A stretch of DNA of 64,000 nucleotides from Mycobacteriales bacterium. Its GTDB lineage: Bacteria; Actinomycetota; Actinomycetes; Mycobacteriales; SCTD01. A program made the position numbers and the translations under genes. The notes under the pieces are model-generated. The model searched no databases and was not told the DNA's origin. It saw only the letters and a program-made list of their open reading frames with translations. Shown in pieces: positions 57,124 to 64,000 of this stretch (position 1 is its first letter; each line of letters begins with the position of its first letter). The DNA is taken from contig JBKJQN010000061.1 in assembly GCA_046593925.1 (NCBI GenBank), positions 2,410-66,409 of the forward strand, given 5' to 3'.

Positions 57124-58766
57124 GTGCGCAGCTCGCGGCGCAGGATCTTACCGGTGACGGTCTTCGGCAGCTCGTCCATCAGCACCACGCTGCGCGGGTA
57201 CTTGTATGCCGCCATCCGCTCCTTGCAGTGCGCGATCAGCTCCTCAGGGGTAGCCGTGGCGCCTGCCTTCAGGCTGACGAAGGCCTTGACGGTCTCGCCG
57301 CGCTTCTCGTCCGGGACGCCGACCACCGCCGACTCCCGGACCGACGGGTGCTCGGCCAGGACGTCCTCGACCTCACGCGGCCAGACCTTGTAGCCCGACG
57401 CGTTGATCATGTCCTTCTTGCGGTCGACGATGAAGACCCAGCCCTCGGGGCTCATGAAACCGACGTCACCGCTCTTCAGAGCGCCGCCCGGCAGGTTGGC
57501 GGCCGTCTCCTCGGGCTTGCCCCAGTAGCCGGCGATGACCTGCGGACCGTCGGCGACGATCTCGCCCACCTCGCCGATCGGAAGGTCCGTGCCGTCGTCG
57601 GACTGGATCCGGACGATGGTGTTGGGCGCGGGTACGCCCACCGACAGCGCGCCGGACGTCGGGTCGACCGGGGACGGCGAGCCGAACGGCGTGACCGTCA
57701 TCGGCGAGGTCGTCTCGGTCAGCCCGTAGGCGTTGTGGACCTGCTTGCCGGTGGCGTCCAGGAACGCCTTCTCCGCCGTCGGCGAGATCGCCGCGCCACC
57801 GGAGTAGATCGAGGAGAACGATGCGAAGTGGTCCTTGGTGAAGCCCGGTGCGTTGAGCAGGGCGCTGAACGCCGTGATCGCCCCGATGGTGAACGTCGGT
57901 CGGTGTTCTAGCAGGGCGTCGAGGACGACCTGTGGCTCGAAGCGGTACGCCAGCACCAGCGGCGCCGGCGTCAGCATGCTCACCGCGACGTGGCCGATCA
58001 GCCCGGTGATGTGAAACAGCGGCGCCACCCCGAAGACCGGGCCGGCGCCGTCGACGTGCACCCAGTCGCGGTAGACCTGCGCGGTGAACACCACGTTGCG
58101 GTGCGTGTTCATGGCCCCCTTGGGCACGCCGGTCGTGCCGGAGGTGTAGGTCAGGAAGGCGACGTCTTCAGCGGTCAGCGTCACCGGCGGCGGGACCTCG
58201 CCGCGATGCTGCGCGATCAGCTCGCCGAAGTCGGTGGTGCCCTCGTGTCGCTGCCTGGTCATGCCCTTGAACAACCGCTCGTCCGCGCGCGTCTGGTAGT
58301 CCAGCTCGCTCGTGGTCAGCACCAGCTCGACGTCGGTGTCGGGGACGACCTGCCGCCCGATCTCGTCGTACAGCGACTCGAGGGCCACCAGCACCTTCGC
58401 GCCGGAGTCCTTCAGCAGGTACGACAGCTCGCGCACCCGGCTCATCGGGTTGATGGACACCATCACCCCGCCGGCCTTCCAGGTGGCCACCATCGAGATG
58501 ACGAACTGCGGCACGTTCTGCAGGTACACAGCCAGCCGGTCGCCGCTGGTGAAGCCGGCTGCCAGCAGCGCGCTGGCCAGGGCGTCGCTCTGCTCGTCTA
58601 GCTCGCGCCGCGTGATGACCCCGTCGAAGTAGCGGATCGCCTCCGCGGACGGGTCCTTTGCCACGCCGGCCCGGAACATGTCCAGCGCGTTCTCGAACTC
58701 GATCTGGTAGTCGGGCGCCTGGTTGCCGTACAGCGCAAGCCAGGGCCGGTCGTCGTACGTGCTCAT
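57120..58766 (-). CDS. AMP-dependent acyl-CoA synthetase/ligase
   Basis: 548 aa: LTYTSGTTGVPKGAM, YGLTET, GDVGFMSPEGWVFIVDRKKDMI. The stop overlaps the ADH start (ATGA). Confidence 0.9.
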   Translation of the reverse strand: MSTYDDRPWLALYGNQAPDYQIEFENALDMFRAGVAKDPSAEAIRYFDGVITRRELDEQSDALASALLAAGFTSGDRLAVYLQNVPQFVISMVATWKAGGVMVSINPMSRVRELSYLLKDSGAKVLVALESLYDEIGRQVVPDTDVELVLTTSELDYQTRADERLFKGMTRQRHEGTTDFGELIAQHRGEVPPPVTLTAEDVAFLTYTSGTTGVPKGAMNTHRNVVFTAQVYRDWVHVDGAGPVFGVAPLFHITGLIGHVAVSMLTPAPLVLAYRFEPQVVLDALLEHRPTFTIGAITAFSALLNAPGFTKDHFASFSSIYSGGAAISPTAEKAFLDATGKQVHNAYGLTETTSPMTVTPFGSPSPVDPTSGALSVGVPAPNTIVRIQSDDGTDLPIGEVGEIVADGPQVIAGYWGKPEETAANLPGGALKSGDVGFMSPEGWVFIVDRKKDMINASGYKVWPREVEDVLAEHPSVRESAVVGVPDEKRGETVKAFVSLKAGATATPEELIAHCKERMAAYKYPRSVVLMDELPKTVTGKILRRELRT

Positions 58767-58773
58767 CGGGCTC

Positions 58774-59742
58774 CTACTTGATGACGACGGGGTTGACCGG
58801 CGAACCGCTGCCCTTGGCGACCTTGAGCGGCGCCGCGACGTAGAGGAAGGCGTACTGCTTGTCGGCCGCGCAGTCCTCAGCGAGCAGCTCGAGGTCGGCG
58901 ATCTCGGTCAGCGTGACACCGAGGTTGCGCATGAGCGCGTTGTGCAGGACCAGGGCGACGCCGTTATGGGGGTCGAAGGTGACCTCGTTGGCGATGGTGT
59001 CGGTGACCAGGTTGGGGATCTCCATGTCCTGGAACCACTGCACGAGCTCGGGGCTGTAGACCAGGCCGGGCTCGCAGAACCCCTCGTAGAACGCGTCACC
59101 GAGGTCGAAGAACAACTTCAGGAAGTTCGTCCGGATGATGAGGATGTCGCGCTTCTCGATGGTGACGCCCTGCGCCTTGGCGCAAGCCTGCAGGTCCTCG
59201 TGGGTGAACGTCTCGGCGCTGGCGAGGTTGTCCTTGCCGAGGAACCGGGCCATGTCGAGCAGGACGGCGCGACCGACGATGCCGCGCTCGGCGATCGGCT
59301 GGACGCTGGCCTTCTGGAGGCCGCCGATCGTGGTGCGGGCGTCATAGCCGTTCCAGATCTTGCCGTCGAACCACACGTGGCCCAGTGCGTCGTACTGCGT
59401 GGAGCCCTGCAGGAAGGCGTTGATCTTGTCGTCGGCATAGTGCAGGCCGCCGGGGTACGCCGGTCCGCCGGCGCCCTCGTCCCAGTTGGACTCGTCCAGG
59501 ATCTGGGTCCGCTCGGCGGGCGTACGTCCCGGCCACACCGGGTCGCCCTTCGGGTCGCCGATCAGTCGCTGCAGGGTGAAGGTCTTGCCCGAGGTGACCA
59601 GCCGGGCCGCCGCGAGCACCTGCTCCGGACCGAGGTAGTTCAGCGAGCCGACCTCGTCGTCCGGACCCCATTTTCCCCAGTTGCTCGGCGCGTCCGCGAG
59701 CAGGTCGGTGAGGTCGGGCGCGGTGGTCGGGGTCTCGGTCAC
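58774..59742 (-). CDS. Cyclase-family protein (kynurenine-formamidase-like fold)
   Basis: 322 aa: SNWGKWGPDDEVGSLNYL...GSTQYDALGHVW. GTG follows GGAGG. Confidence 0.78.
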   Translation of the reverse strand: MTETPTTAPDLTDLLADAPSNWGKWGPDDEVGSLNYLGPEQVLAAARLVTSGKTFTLQRLIGDPKGDPVWPGRTPAERTQILDESNWDEGAGGPAYPGGLHYADDKINAFLQGSTQYDALGHVWFDGKIWNGYDARTTIGGLQKASVQPIAERGIVGRAVLLDMARFLGKDNLASAETFTHEDLQACAKAQGVTIEKRDILIIRTNFLKLFFDLGDAFYEGFCEPGLVYSPELVQWFQDMEIPNLVTDTIANEVTFDPHNGVALVLHNALMRNLGVTLTEIADLELLAEDCAADKQYAFLYVAAPLKVAKGSGSPVNPVVIK

Positions 59743-59767
59743 GGGGCCTCCAGGGCAACGGCCAACT

Positions 59768-59785
59768 CCCGAGCGATCGCTCGGG
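59768..59785. promoter_or_regulatory. Perfect 18-bp palindrome CCCGAGCGATCGCTCGGG in the leader of the five-gene operon
   Basis: Read directly. Lies 26 nt upstream of the cyclase GTG, just 5' of its SD, in the divergent region shared with the regulator gene. Confidence 0.45.
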
Positions 59786-59882
59786 ATGCGGTGGTGTCAG
59801 GGCAGTCTGCGGACGTCGGCGCGTGGTGTCAATCACAGTCAGGGACGTAGGCTGAGCGCAGAGGACAGGCAAGACCGGTGGG

Positions 59883-59934
59883 GAACGCGATGTAGCGCGT
59901 TCAGGTCCGCCGAACGCGCCGGCGCCCGCGGACC
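59883..59934. promoter_or_regulatory. Two adjacent inverted repeats (GAACGCG-atgtag-CGCGTTC and GGTCCGC-N17-GCGGACC), the second containing GCCGAACGC
   Basis: Read directly, 13-64 nt upstream of the regulator start. The GCCGAACGC 9-mer recurs at 60901-60909 upstream of paaI. Confidence 0.35.
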
Positions 59935-59946
59935 GACTGTACGGAG

Positions 59947-60816
59947 GTGCTCGTGCAGAGCGTGCCGCCGGTCGCCGACGTACTGCTGGGCGAACGGGTC
60001 CGCGCAGCCCGTGGCGCGCAGGGCCTGAGCCTGCGCGCGCTCGCGGGGCGGCTCGGGGTGAGCCCGGCCACCCTCAGCGAGGTGGAGCGCGGCCGGACTG
60101 GGCTGTCCGCGGTCCGGCTCGCCCGCATCGCCGAGCTGCTCGACGTCCCTGTCGAGCAGCTGCTGGTACGCCGACCGGCCCCGCGGCGTGCGGTCGGGAC
60201 GACCCGCCCACCCGACGACGGGGCGGGCTGGCGTTCGTACCCCCCCTTGCAGCTCGAGCTACCGCTGGCCGGCGCCCTCGCCGCCTTCCTCGAGCTCGGC
60301 TACTCCGGCGCGTCGATGCGCGACATCGGCCGGCGGGCCGGGCTGTCGGTGCCGGGGCTCTACCACTACCACCCGAGCAAGCAGGACCTGCTCGTCGCGC
60401 TGCTCGACCTGACGATGAGCGACCTGTTGGCGCGCAGCCGCGCCGCCAGGGCCGAGGGCGAGGGGCCGGTGCAGCGCTTCCGGCTGCTGGTGGAGTGCCT
60501 CGCGCTGTTCCACACGCACCGGCGCGAGCTGGGCTTCATCGGGGCGAGCGAGATGCGCAGCGTCGAGCCGGCTGCCCGGGCCCGGGTCGCGGCTGCCCGT
60601 CGAGAGCAGCAGCGGATGGTCGACGACGAGGTGGTGGCCGGCTGCCGGGCAGGGCGGTTCGGCACCAACCGGCCGGCCGAGGCGTCCAGGGCCGTCGTCA
60701 CCATGTGCACAGCACTACCGCAGTGGTTCTCCCCGGGCGGTCCGGCCACCGCCGAGCAGGTCGCGGCGCAGTACGTCGACTTCGCGCTCGGTGTCGTGCT
60801 CGCCCGCGGTACCTAG
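59947..60816 (+). CDS. Transcriptional regulator with two DNA-binding domains: N-terminal XRE (Cro/C1) HTH fused to a complete TetR-family module
   Basis: LGERVRAARGAQGLSLRALAGRLGVSPATLSEVERGRTGLSAVRLARIAELLDV (XRE), Pro/Arg linker, then FLELGYSGASMRDIGRRAGLSVPGLYHYHPSKQDLL plus a TetR C-domain. The start may be GTG 59953. Confidence 0.8.
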   Translation: MLVQSVPPVADVLLGERVRAARGAQGLSLRALAGRLGVSPATLSEVERGRTGLSAVRLARIAELLDVPVEQLLVRRPAPRRAVGTTRPPDDGAGWRSYPPLQLELPLAGALAAFLELGYSGASMRDIGRRAGLSVPGLYHYHPSKQDLLVALLDLTMSDLLARSRAARAEGEGPVQRFRLLVECLALFHTHRRELGFIGASEMRSVEPAARARVAAARREQQRMVDDEVVAGCRAGRFGTNRPAEASRAVVTMCTALPQWFSPGGPATAEQVAAQYVDFALGVVLARGT

Positions 60817-60869
60817 GACCGGCCACGAGGCGAAGATCACTGGCCGACGCACCGGGGGTCAGCCGGTGC

Positions 60870-60916
60870 TTGCGCCGCGGCCCGGCAGCACGCGAGGATC
60901 GCCGAACGCTCGTCGG
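60870..60916 (+). promoter_or_regulatory. Candidate paaI promoter (TTGCGC-N18-GAGGAT) with adjacent operator-like CCGAACGCTCGTCGG
   Basis: Read directly. Same layout as upstream of paaA: a -10-like GAG(G/T)AT, then CGAACG(Y)TCG, then a G-rich SD. Confidence 0.35.
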
Positions 60917-60929
60917 GGGAGGAGCCCGT

Positions 60930-61352
60930 GTGCCGCAGGACCAGCAGGCCCAAGCCCAGGCCCAGGCCGCGGCGATGTGGGCGGGCGACCGCGCGACGCA
61001 GGGCTTGGGCATCGTGCTGTCCGGCGTCGGACCCGGCCGGGCGACCGCGACGATGACCGTCACCGCCGGCCAGCTCAACGGCCACGGCAGCTGCCACGGC
61101 GGCTACCTGTTCCTGCTCGCCGACACCGCATTCGCCTTCGCCTGCAACACCCGCGGCGCCGCCGCAGTCGCGTCCGGAGCCGACGTCAGCTTCCTCGCGG
61201 CGGTCGCCGAGGGTGACGTCCTGGTTGCCGAGGCCGTCGAGCGGGCCGTCCGCGGGCGCAGCGGGCTGTACGACGTGACGGTCCGCCGCGGCGACGAGCC
61301 GGTGCTGGAGTTCCGCGGGCGCAGCCGGACCGTGTCGCCCCCGGGACCCTGA
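60930..61352 (+). CDS. paaI: Hydroxyphenylacetyl-CoA thioesterase PaaI
   Basis: Tail of ORF 60495..61352. GTG 60930 follows GGGGGAGGAG. Motifs: MWAGDRATQGLGI...NGHGSCHGGYLFLLADTAFAFACN. Confidence 0.82.
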   Translation: MPQDQQAQAQAQAAAMWAGDRATQGLGIVLSGVGPGRATATMTVTAGQLNGHGSCHGGYLFLLADTAFAFACNTRGAAAVASGADVSFLAAVAEGDVLVAEAVERAVRGRSGLYDVTVRRGDEPVLEFRGRSRTVSPPGP

Positions 61353-61353
61353 C

Positions 61354-62655
61354 GTGCGTGACCTGACGCCCGACCGCGCGAGCCTGGACCCGATCGAGGT
61401 CGCGAGCCGCGACGAGATCACCGCCCTGCAGGTGACCCGGCTGCGCTGGTCGCTGCGGCACGCGTACGAGAACGTCCCGCACTACCGCCGGGCGTTCGAC
61501 GAGGCCGGCGTCGCGCCGGGCGACCTGGCCGAACTCGCCGACCTGCGGCACTTCCCGCTCACGGTGAAGGCGCAGCTACGCGAGGGCTACCCGTACGGGA
61601 TGTTCGCTGTGCCGCACGAGCAGGTGACCCGGCTGCACGCGAGCAGCGGCACCACCGGCGAGCCGACGGTGGTCGGTTACACCGCGGGCGACGTCTCCAT
61701 GTGGGCGGACGTCGTTGCGCGGTCGCTGCGCGCGGCCGGTATCCGGCCGGGTTGGAAGCTGCACAACGCGTACGGCTACGGGCTGTTCACCGGCGGGTTG
61801 GGGGCGCACTACGGCGCGGAGCGGCTCGGCTGCATGGTCATCCCGGTCTCGGGCGGGCAGACTGAGCGTCAGGCACGGCTCGTCCAGGACCTCCGGCCCG
61901 ACGCCATCATGGTGACCCCGTCGTACATGCTGGCGCTGCTCGACGAGCTGGAGCGCCAGGGCATCGACCCTCGGAGCACGTCGCTGCAGGTGGGGGTCTT
62001 CGGGGCTGAGCCGTGGACGGAGGACATGCGGCGCGAGGTTGAGCAGCGCGCCGACCTGCACGCCGTCGACATCTACGGCCTGTCGGAGGTGATCGGACCG
62101 GGGGTCGCCAGCGAGTGCGTGGAGACCAAGGACGGCCTGCACGTGTGGGAGGACCACTTCTACCCGGAAGTCATCGACCCCGAGACCGGCGAGGTGCTCC
62201 CCGACGGGGAGTACGGCGAGCTGGTGTTCACCTCACTGACCAAGCAGGCGATGCCGGTCGTGCGGTACCGCACCCGGGACCTGACCCGGCTGCTGCCGGG
62301 CACGGCGCGGTCGATGCGGCGGATCGAGAAGATCACCGGGCGCACCGACGACATGATCATCCTGCGGGGGGTCAACGTCTTCCCGACCCAGGTCGAGGAG
62401 TTGCTGCTGCGCGTCGAGGGTCTATCGCCGCACTACCAGCTGGTGCTCTCGCGGCCGCACCGGCTGGACGAGATGACCGTCCGGGTCGAGTCGCGGCCGG
62501 ACCGCTCGGCGGCCGAGCGGGCCGTGCTCGGCGACCGGCTGTGCCGGCTGGTCAAGGACCACATCGGGGTGACGGTGACCTGCGACGTCGTCGAGCCCGG
62601 GACCGTCGAGCGGTCCCAGGGCAAGGCTGTGCGGGTGGTCGACCGGCGGGGCTAG
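61354..62655 (+). CDS. paaK: Phenylacetate-CoA ligase
   Basis: 433 aa: LHASSGTTGEPTVVGYT, YGLSEVIGPGVA, RTDDMIILRGVNVFP. Confidence 0.92.
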   Translation: MRDLTPDRASLDPIEVASRDEITALQVTRLRWSLRHAYENVPHYRRAFDEAGVAPGDLAELADLRHFPLTVKAQLREGYPYGMFAVPHEQVTRLHASSGTTGEPTVVGYTAGDVSMWADVVARSLRAAGIRPGWKLHNAYGYGLFTGGLGAHYGAERLGCMVIPVSGGQTERQARLVQDLRPDAIMVTPSYMLALLDELERQGIDPRSTSLQVGVFGAEPWTEDMRREVEQRADLHAVDIYGLSEVIGPGVASECVETKDGLHVWEDHFYPEVIDPETGEVLPDGEYGELVFTSLTKQAMPVVRYRTRDLTRLLPGTARSMRRIEKITGRTDDMIILRGVNVFPTQVEELLLRVEGLSPHYQLVLSRPHRLDEMTVRVESRPDRSAAERAVLGDRLCRLVKDHIGVTVTCDVVEPGTVERSQGKAVRVVDRRG

Positions 62656-62681
62656 TCTTCCGCGCGGCACCTGGAGGAATC

Positions 62682-63110
62682 ATGGCTGACGAAGAAGCTC
62701 TCGCGCGACCGATCGGCTGGTGGCTCAAGGAGGCCGACGCCCGCCTCGACGCGGCCTTCGACGGGGCCGTCCAGGACGCGGGCATCGACCGGCGGGGCTG
62801 GCAGGTGCTCAGCGTGGTCGCGGTCCGGCCGACCGCCCGGACGACGATCCTCGCGGCCCTGTCGGCGTTCGACTCCCCGGAGGCGGTCGGCTCCGCGGTA
62901 CAGGAGCTGATCACGCAGGGCCTGGTCGAGGACGACAAGGGGATGCTCCGGCTCACCCTCGACGGAGCACGCCGGCACGCCGAGCTCTCGCCGCTCGTCG
63001 ATGCTGTACGTCAGAAGGTCCGCGACGCCCTCCCGCAGGACGACTACACCGCGCTGGTGGCGCTGCTCGCGCGGCTCGCCGAGGCCCTGGAGCCCGTGCG
63101 CCCCGCCTGA
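62682..63110 (+). CDS. MarR-family transcriptional regulator
   Basis: Tail of ORF 62115..63110. ATG 62682 follows GGAGGAA. 142 aa with a winged-helix core, GWQVLSVVAVRP...ELITQGLVEDD. Confidence 0.7.
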   Translation: MADEEALARPIGWWLKEADARLDAAFDGAVQDAGIDRRGWQVLSVVAVRPTARTTILAALSAFDSPEAVGSAVQELITQGLVEDDKGMLRLTLDGARRHAELSPLVDAVRQKVRDALPQDDYTALVALLARLAEALEPVRPA

Positions 63111-63325
63111 CCGGGTGTGCCGCCTGACTCCTGGTCTGCCGGCCAGGGGCGCCTCGACCTGCAGGTCGGCGGGTGACGCGCCGGCTCGCAGCACGCCACG
63201 GTGCACCGCCATGGTCATGGCGACCTCCCGGAGGTGGTTGCCCCAGGAAGCACCGCCCCGGCCTCGACGGCACGGATCTCGGGTGCCGCCCGCCTCGCGC
63301 CCCCGGCCCCGCGTTCGGTAGATCA

Positions 63326-63351
63326 TGTGCTTACGCTTGAGGTGAAGCACA
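63326..63351. repeat. Hairpin TGTGCTT-N12-AAGCACA in a locally less GC-rich stretch
   Basis: Read directly. Preceded by GCGTTCGGTA (63311-63320), which repeats the right half of the paaA operator. Confidence 0.6.
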
Positions 63352-63406
63352 CAACGTCCCGAGGTTTCGCGGCCGCCCAGCGTGGGGGGCCAGGAGGGGA
63401 CGACCA

Positions 63407-63437
63407 TTGTGTGCTGGCAGTCCGGCGGCCGCACACA
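63407..63437. repeat. Motif copy TTGTGTGCTGGC with inverted partner GCACACA 16 nt downstream
   Basis: Read directly. The 12-mer is identical to 22348..22359, and CATTGTGTGCT is shared with 22431..22441. Preceded by AGGAGG. Confidence 0.8.
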
Positions 63438-63475
63438 AAGTCAGCCGGGGCGGACGGGCGGGGCACGCTGGCACG

Positions 63476-63504
63476 TTGACAGGGGAGCTGCGTCGGGGGA
63501 GTAT
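63476..63504 (+). promoter_or_regulatory. Candidate paaA promoter TTGACA-N17-GAGTAT
   Basis: Perfect -35 hexamer and a -10 with the conserved A2 and T6, 34 nt upstream of the paaA GTG. Confidence 0.45.
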
Positions 63505-63507
63505 CTG

Positions 63508-63521
63508 AACGAACGTTCGGT
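63508..63521. promoter_or_regulatory. PaaR-type operator candidate AACGAACGTTCGGT (core CGAACGTTCG is a perfect palindrome)
   Basis: Matches the core ACCGNNCGNNCGGT, as I recall the corynebacterial PaaR motif, at 9 of 10 specified positions. Lies immediately after the -10 element. Confidence 0.5.
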
Positions 63522-63537
63522 ATCATGGGGAGGGGCC

Positions 63538-64000
63538 GTGGGCAGCACACTCGAGCAGGACTTCCAGGCATGCGTGGACGCCGACGGGCGGATCGAGCCG
63601 CGCGACTGGATGCCGGAGGGCTACCGACGCACCCTGATCAGGCAGATCGCCCAGCATGCGCACTCTGAGATCATCGGGATGCAGCCTGAGGGCAACTGGA
63701 TCACCCGTGCGCCGTCGCTGCGCCGCAAGTGCATCCTGGTCGCAAAGGTCCAGGACGAGGCGGGGCACGGCCTCTACCTCTACGGGGCCGCGGAGACCCT
63801 CGGGGTCGACCGCGACGAGCTGCTGGACCTGCTGCACCGCGGCAAGCAGAAGTACTCCACGATCTTCAACTACCCCACCACGAGCTGGTCCGACGTCTCG
63901 GCTATCGGCTGGCTCGTCGACGGCGCAGCGATCATGAACCAGGTGCCGCTCACGCGCTGCTCGTACGGCCCGTACGCCCGGGCGATGGTCCGGGTCTGCA
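63538..64000 (+). CDS. paaA: 1,2-phenylacetyl-CoA epoxidase subunit A (5' part; continues beyond window)
   Basis: Not in the ORF track because there is no stop in the window. GTG 63538 follows GGGGAGGGG. Translation [10 protein letters not shown]...[64 protein letters not shown]. Confidence 0.9.
   Translation, partial: MGSTLEQDFQACVDADGRIEPRDWMPEGYRRTLIRQIAQHAHSEIIGMQPEGNWITRAPSLRRKCILVAKVQDEAGHGLYLYGAAETLGVDRDELLDLLHRGKQKYSTIFNYPTTSWSDVSAIGWLVDGAAIMNQVPLTRCSYGPYARAMVRVC

Noticed and set aside
60948-60968. Hexanucleotide iteration GCCCAA-GCCCAG-GCCCAG-GCC (QAQAQAQA) at the paaI N-terminus
   Set aside because: It is short, in frame, and lies within the variable N-terminal tail. It is probably a trivial low-complexity codon repeat. 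I note it only as a possible slippage site.
63409-63537. In-frame upstream extension of paaA from GTG 63409 (no stop codon in between)
   Set aside because: PaaA homology begins only about 15 residues before the IEPRDWMP block. The extension would cover the TTGACA/GAGTAT promoter and the operator, and it translates to Gly/Arg-rich filler.

Overview
This 64-kb window comes from a very GC-rich actinobacterial chromosome (by eye well above 65% G+C, with strong G/C preference at codon position 3). All calls rest on reading the ORF translations and the raw sequence by eye; no searches were run.

I call about 56 intact protein genes, 5 probable pseudogenes or gene remnants, and one tRNA-Ser(UGA). 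I found no rRNA, CRISPR array, transposase or integrase.

Gene order:
1. tRNA-Ser is followed by a metal/stress block. It holds a DUF2933-like protein and a cupredoxin-fused Cu P1B-ATPase translationally coupled to a CtpF-like P2-ATPase. A near-perfect DosR/OsdR-type palindrome then precedes a tandem-domain USP and a decayed Acg-type nitroreductase, followed by a crcB pair.
2. A secreted GH26-like protein and a large secreted repeat protein, an NhaP antiporter, a zf-UBP protein, HAD and alpha/beta hydrolases, an orphan phaC, and ndh.
3. An intact apbE coupled to a roughly 2-kb tract of three consecutive decayed genes: ferric-reductase-like, vapC, and a SAM methyltransferase.
4. A divergently arranged OmpR-type response regulator and histidine kinase.
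5. hppD-hmgA-fahA.
6. A roughly 13-kb amine-catabolic region: ALDH, omega-transaminase, ald, an APC permease, lrp, a second transaminase, an FAD oxidoreductase, DUF2277, and a PotABCD-like importer.
7. bpa, then a small Cys protein, a second paralogue of the secreted repeat protein, and a DUF4214 protein with a degenerate metzincin-like motif.
8. A five-gene operon of unknown substrate: cyclase, CoA ligase, Fe-ADH, DUF3311, and an MctP-like symporter.
9. An XRE-TetR double-HTH regulator, paaI-paaK, marR, and the start of paaA.

The points most worth follow-up:
- the DosR-type box
- the secreted three-gene module
- the uncharacterised operon with a perfect 18-bp palindrome in its leader
- the double-HTH regulator, with matching promoter/operator architecture at paaI and paaA
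- the phased repeats in two promoter regions
- a short T/G-rich motif shared by two distant noncoding regions
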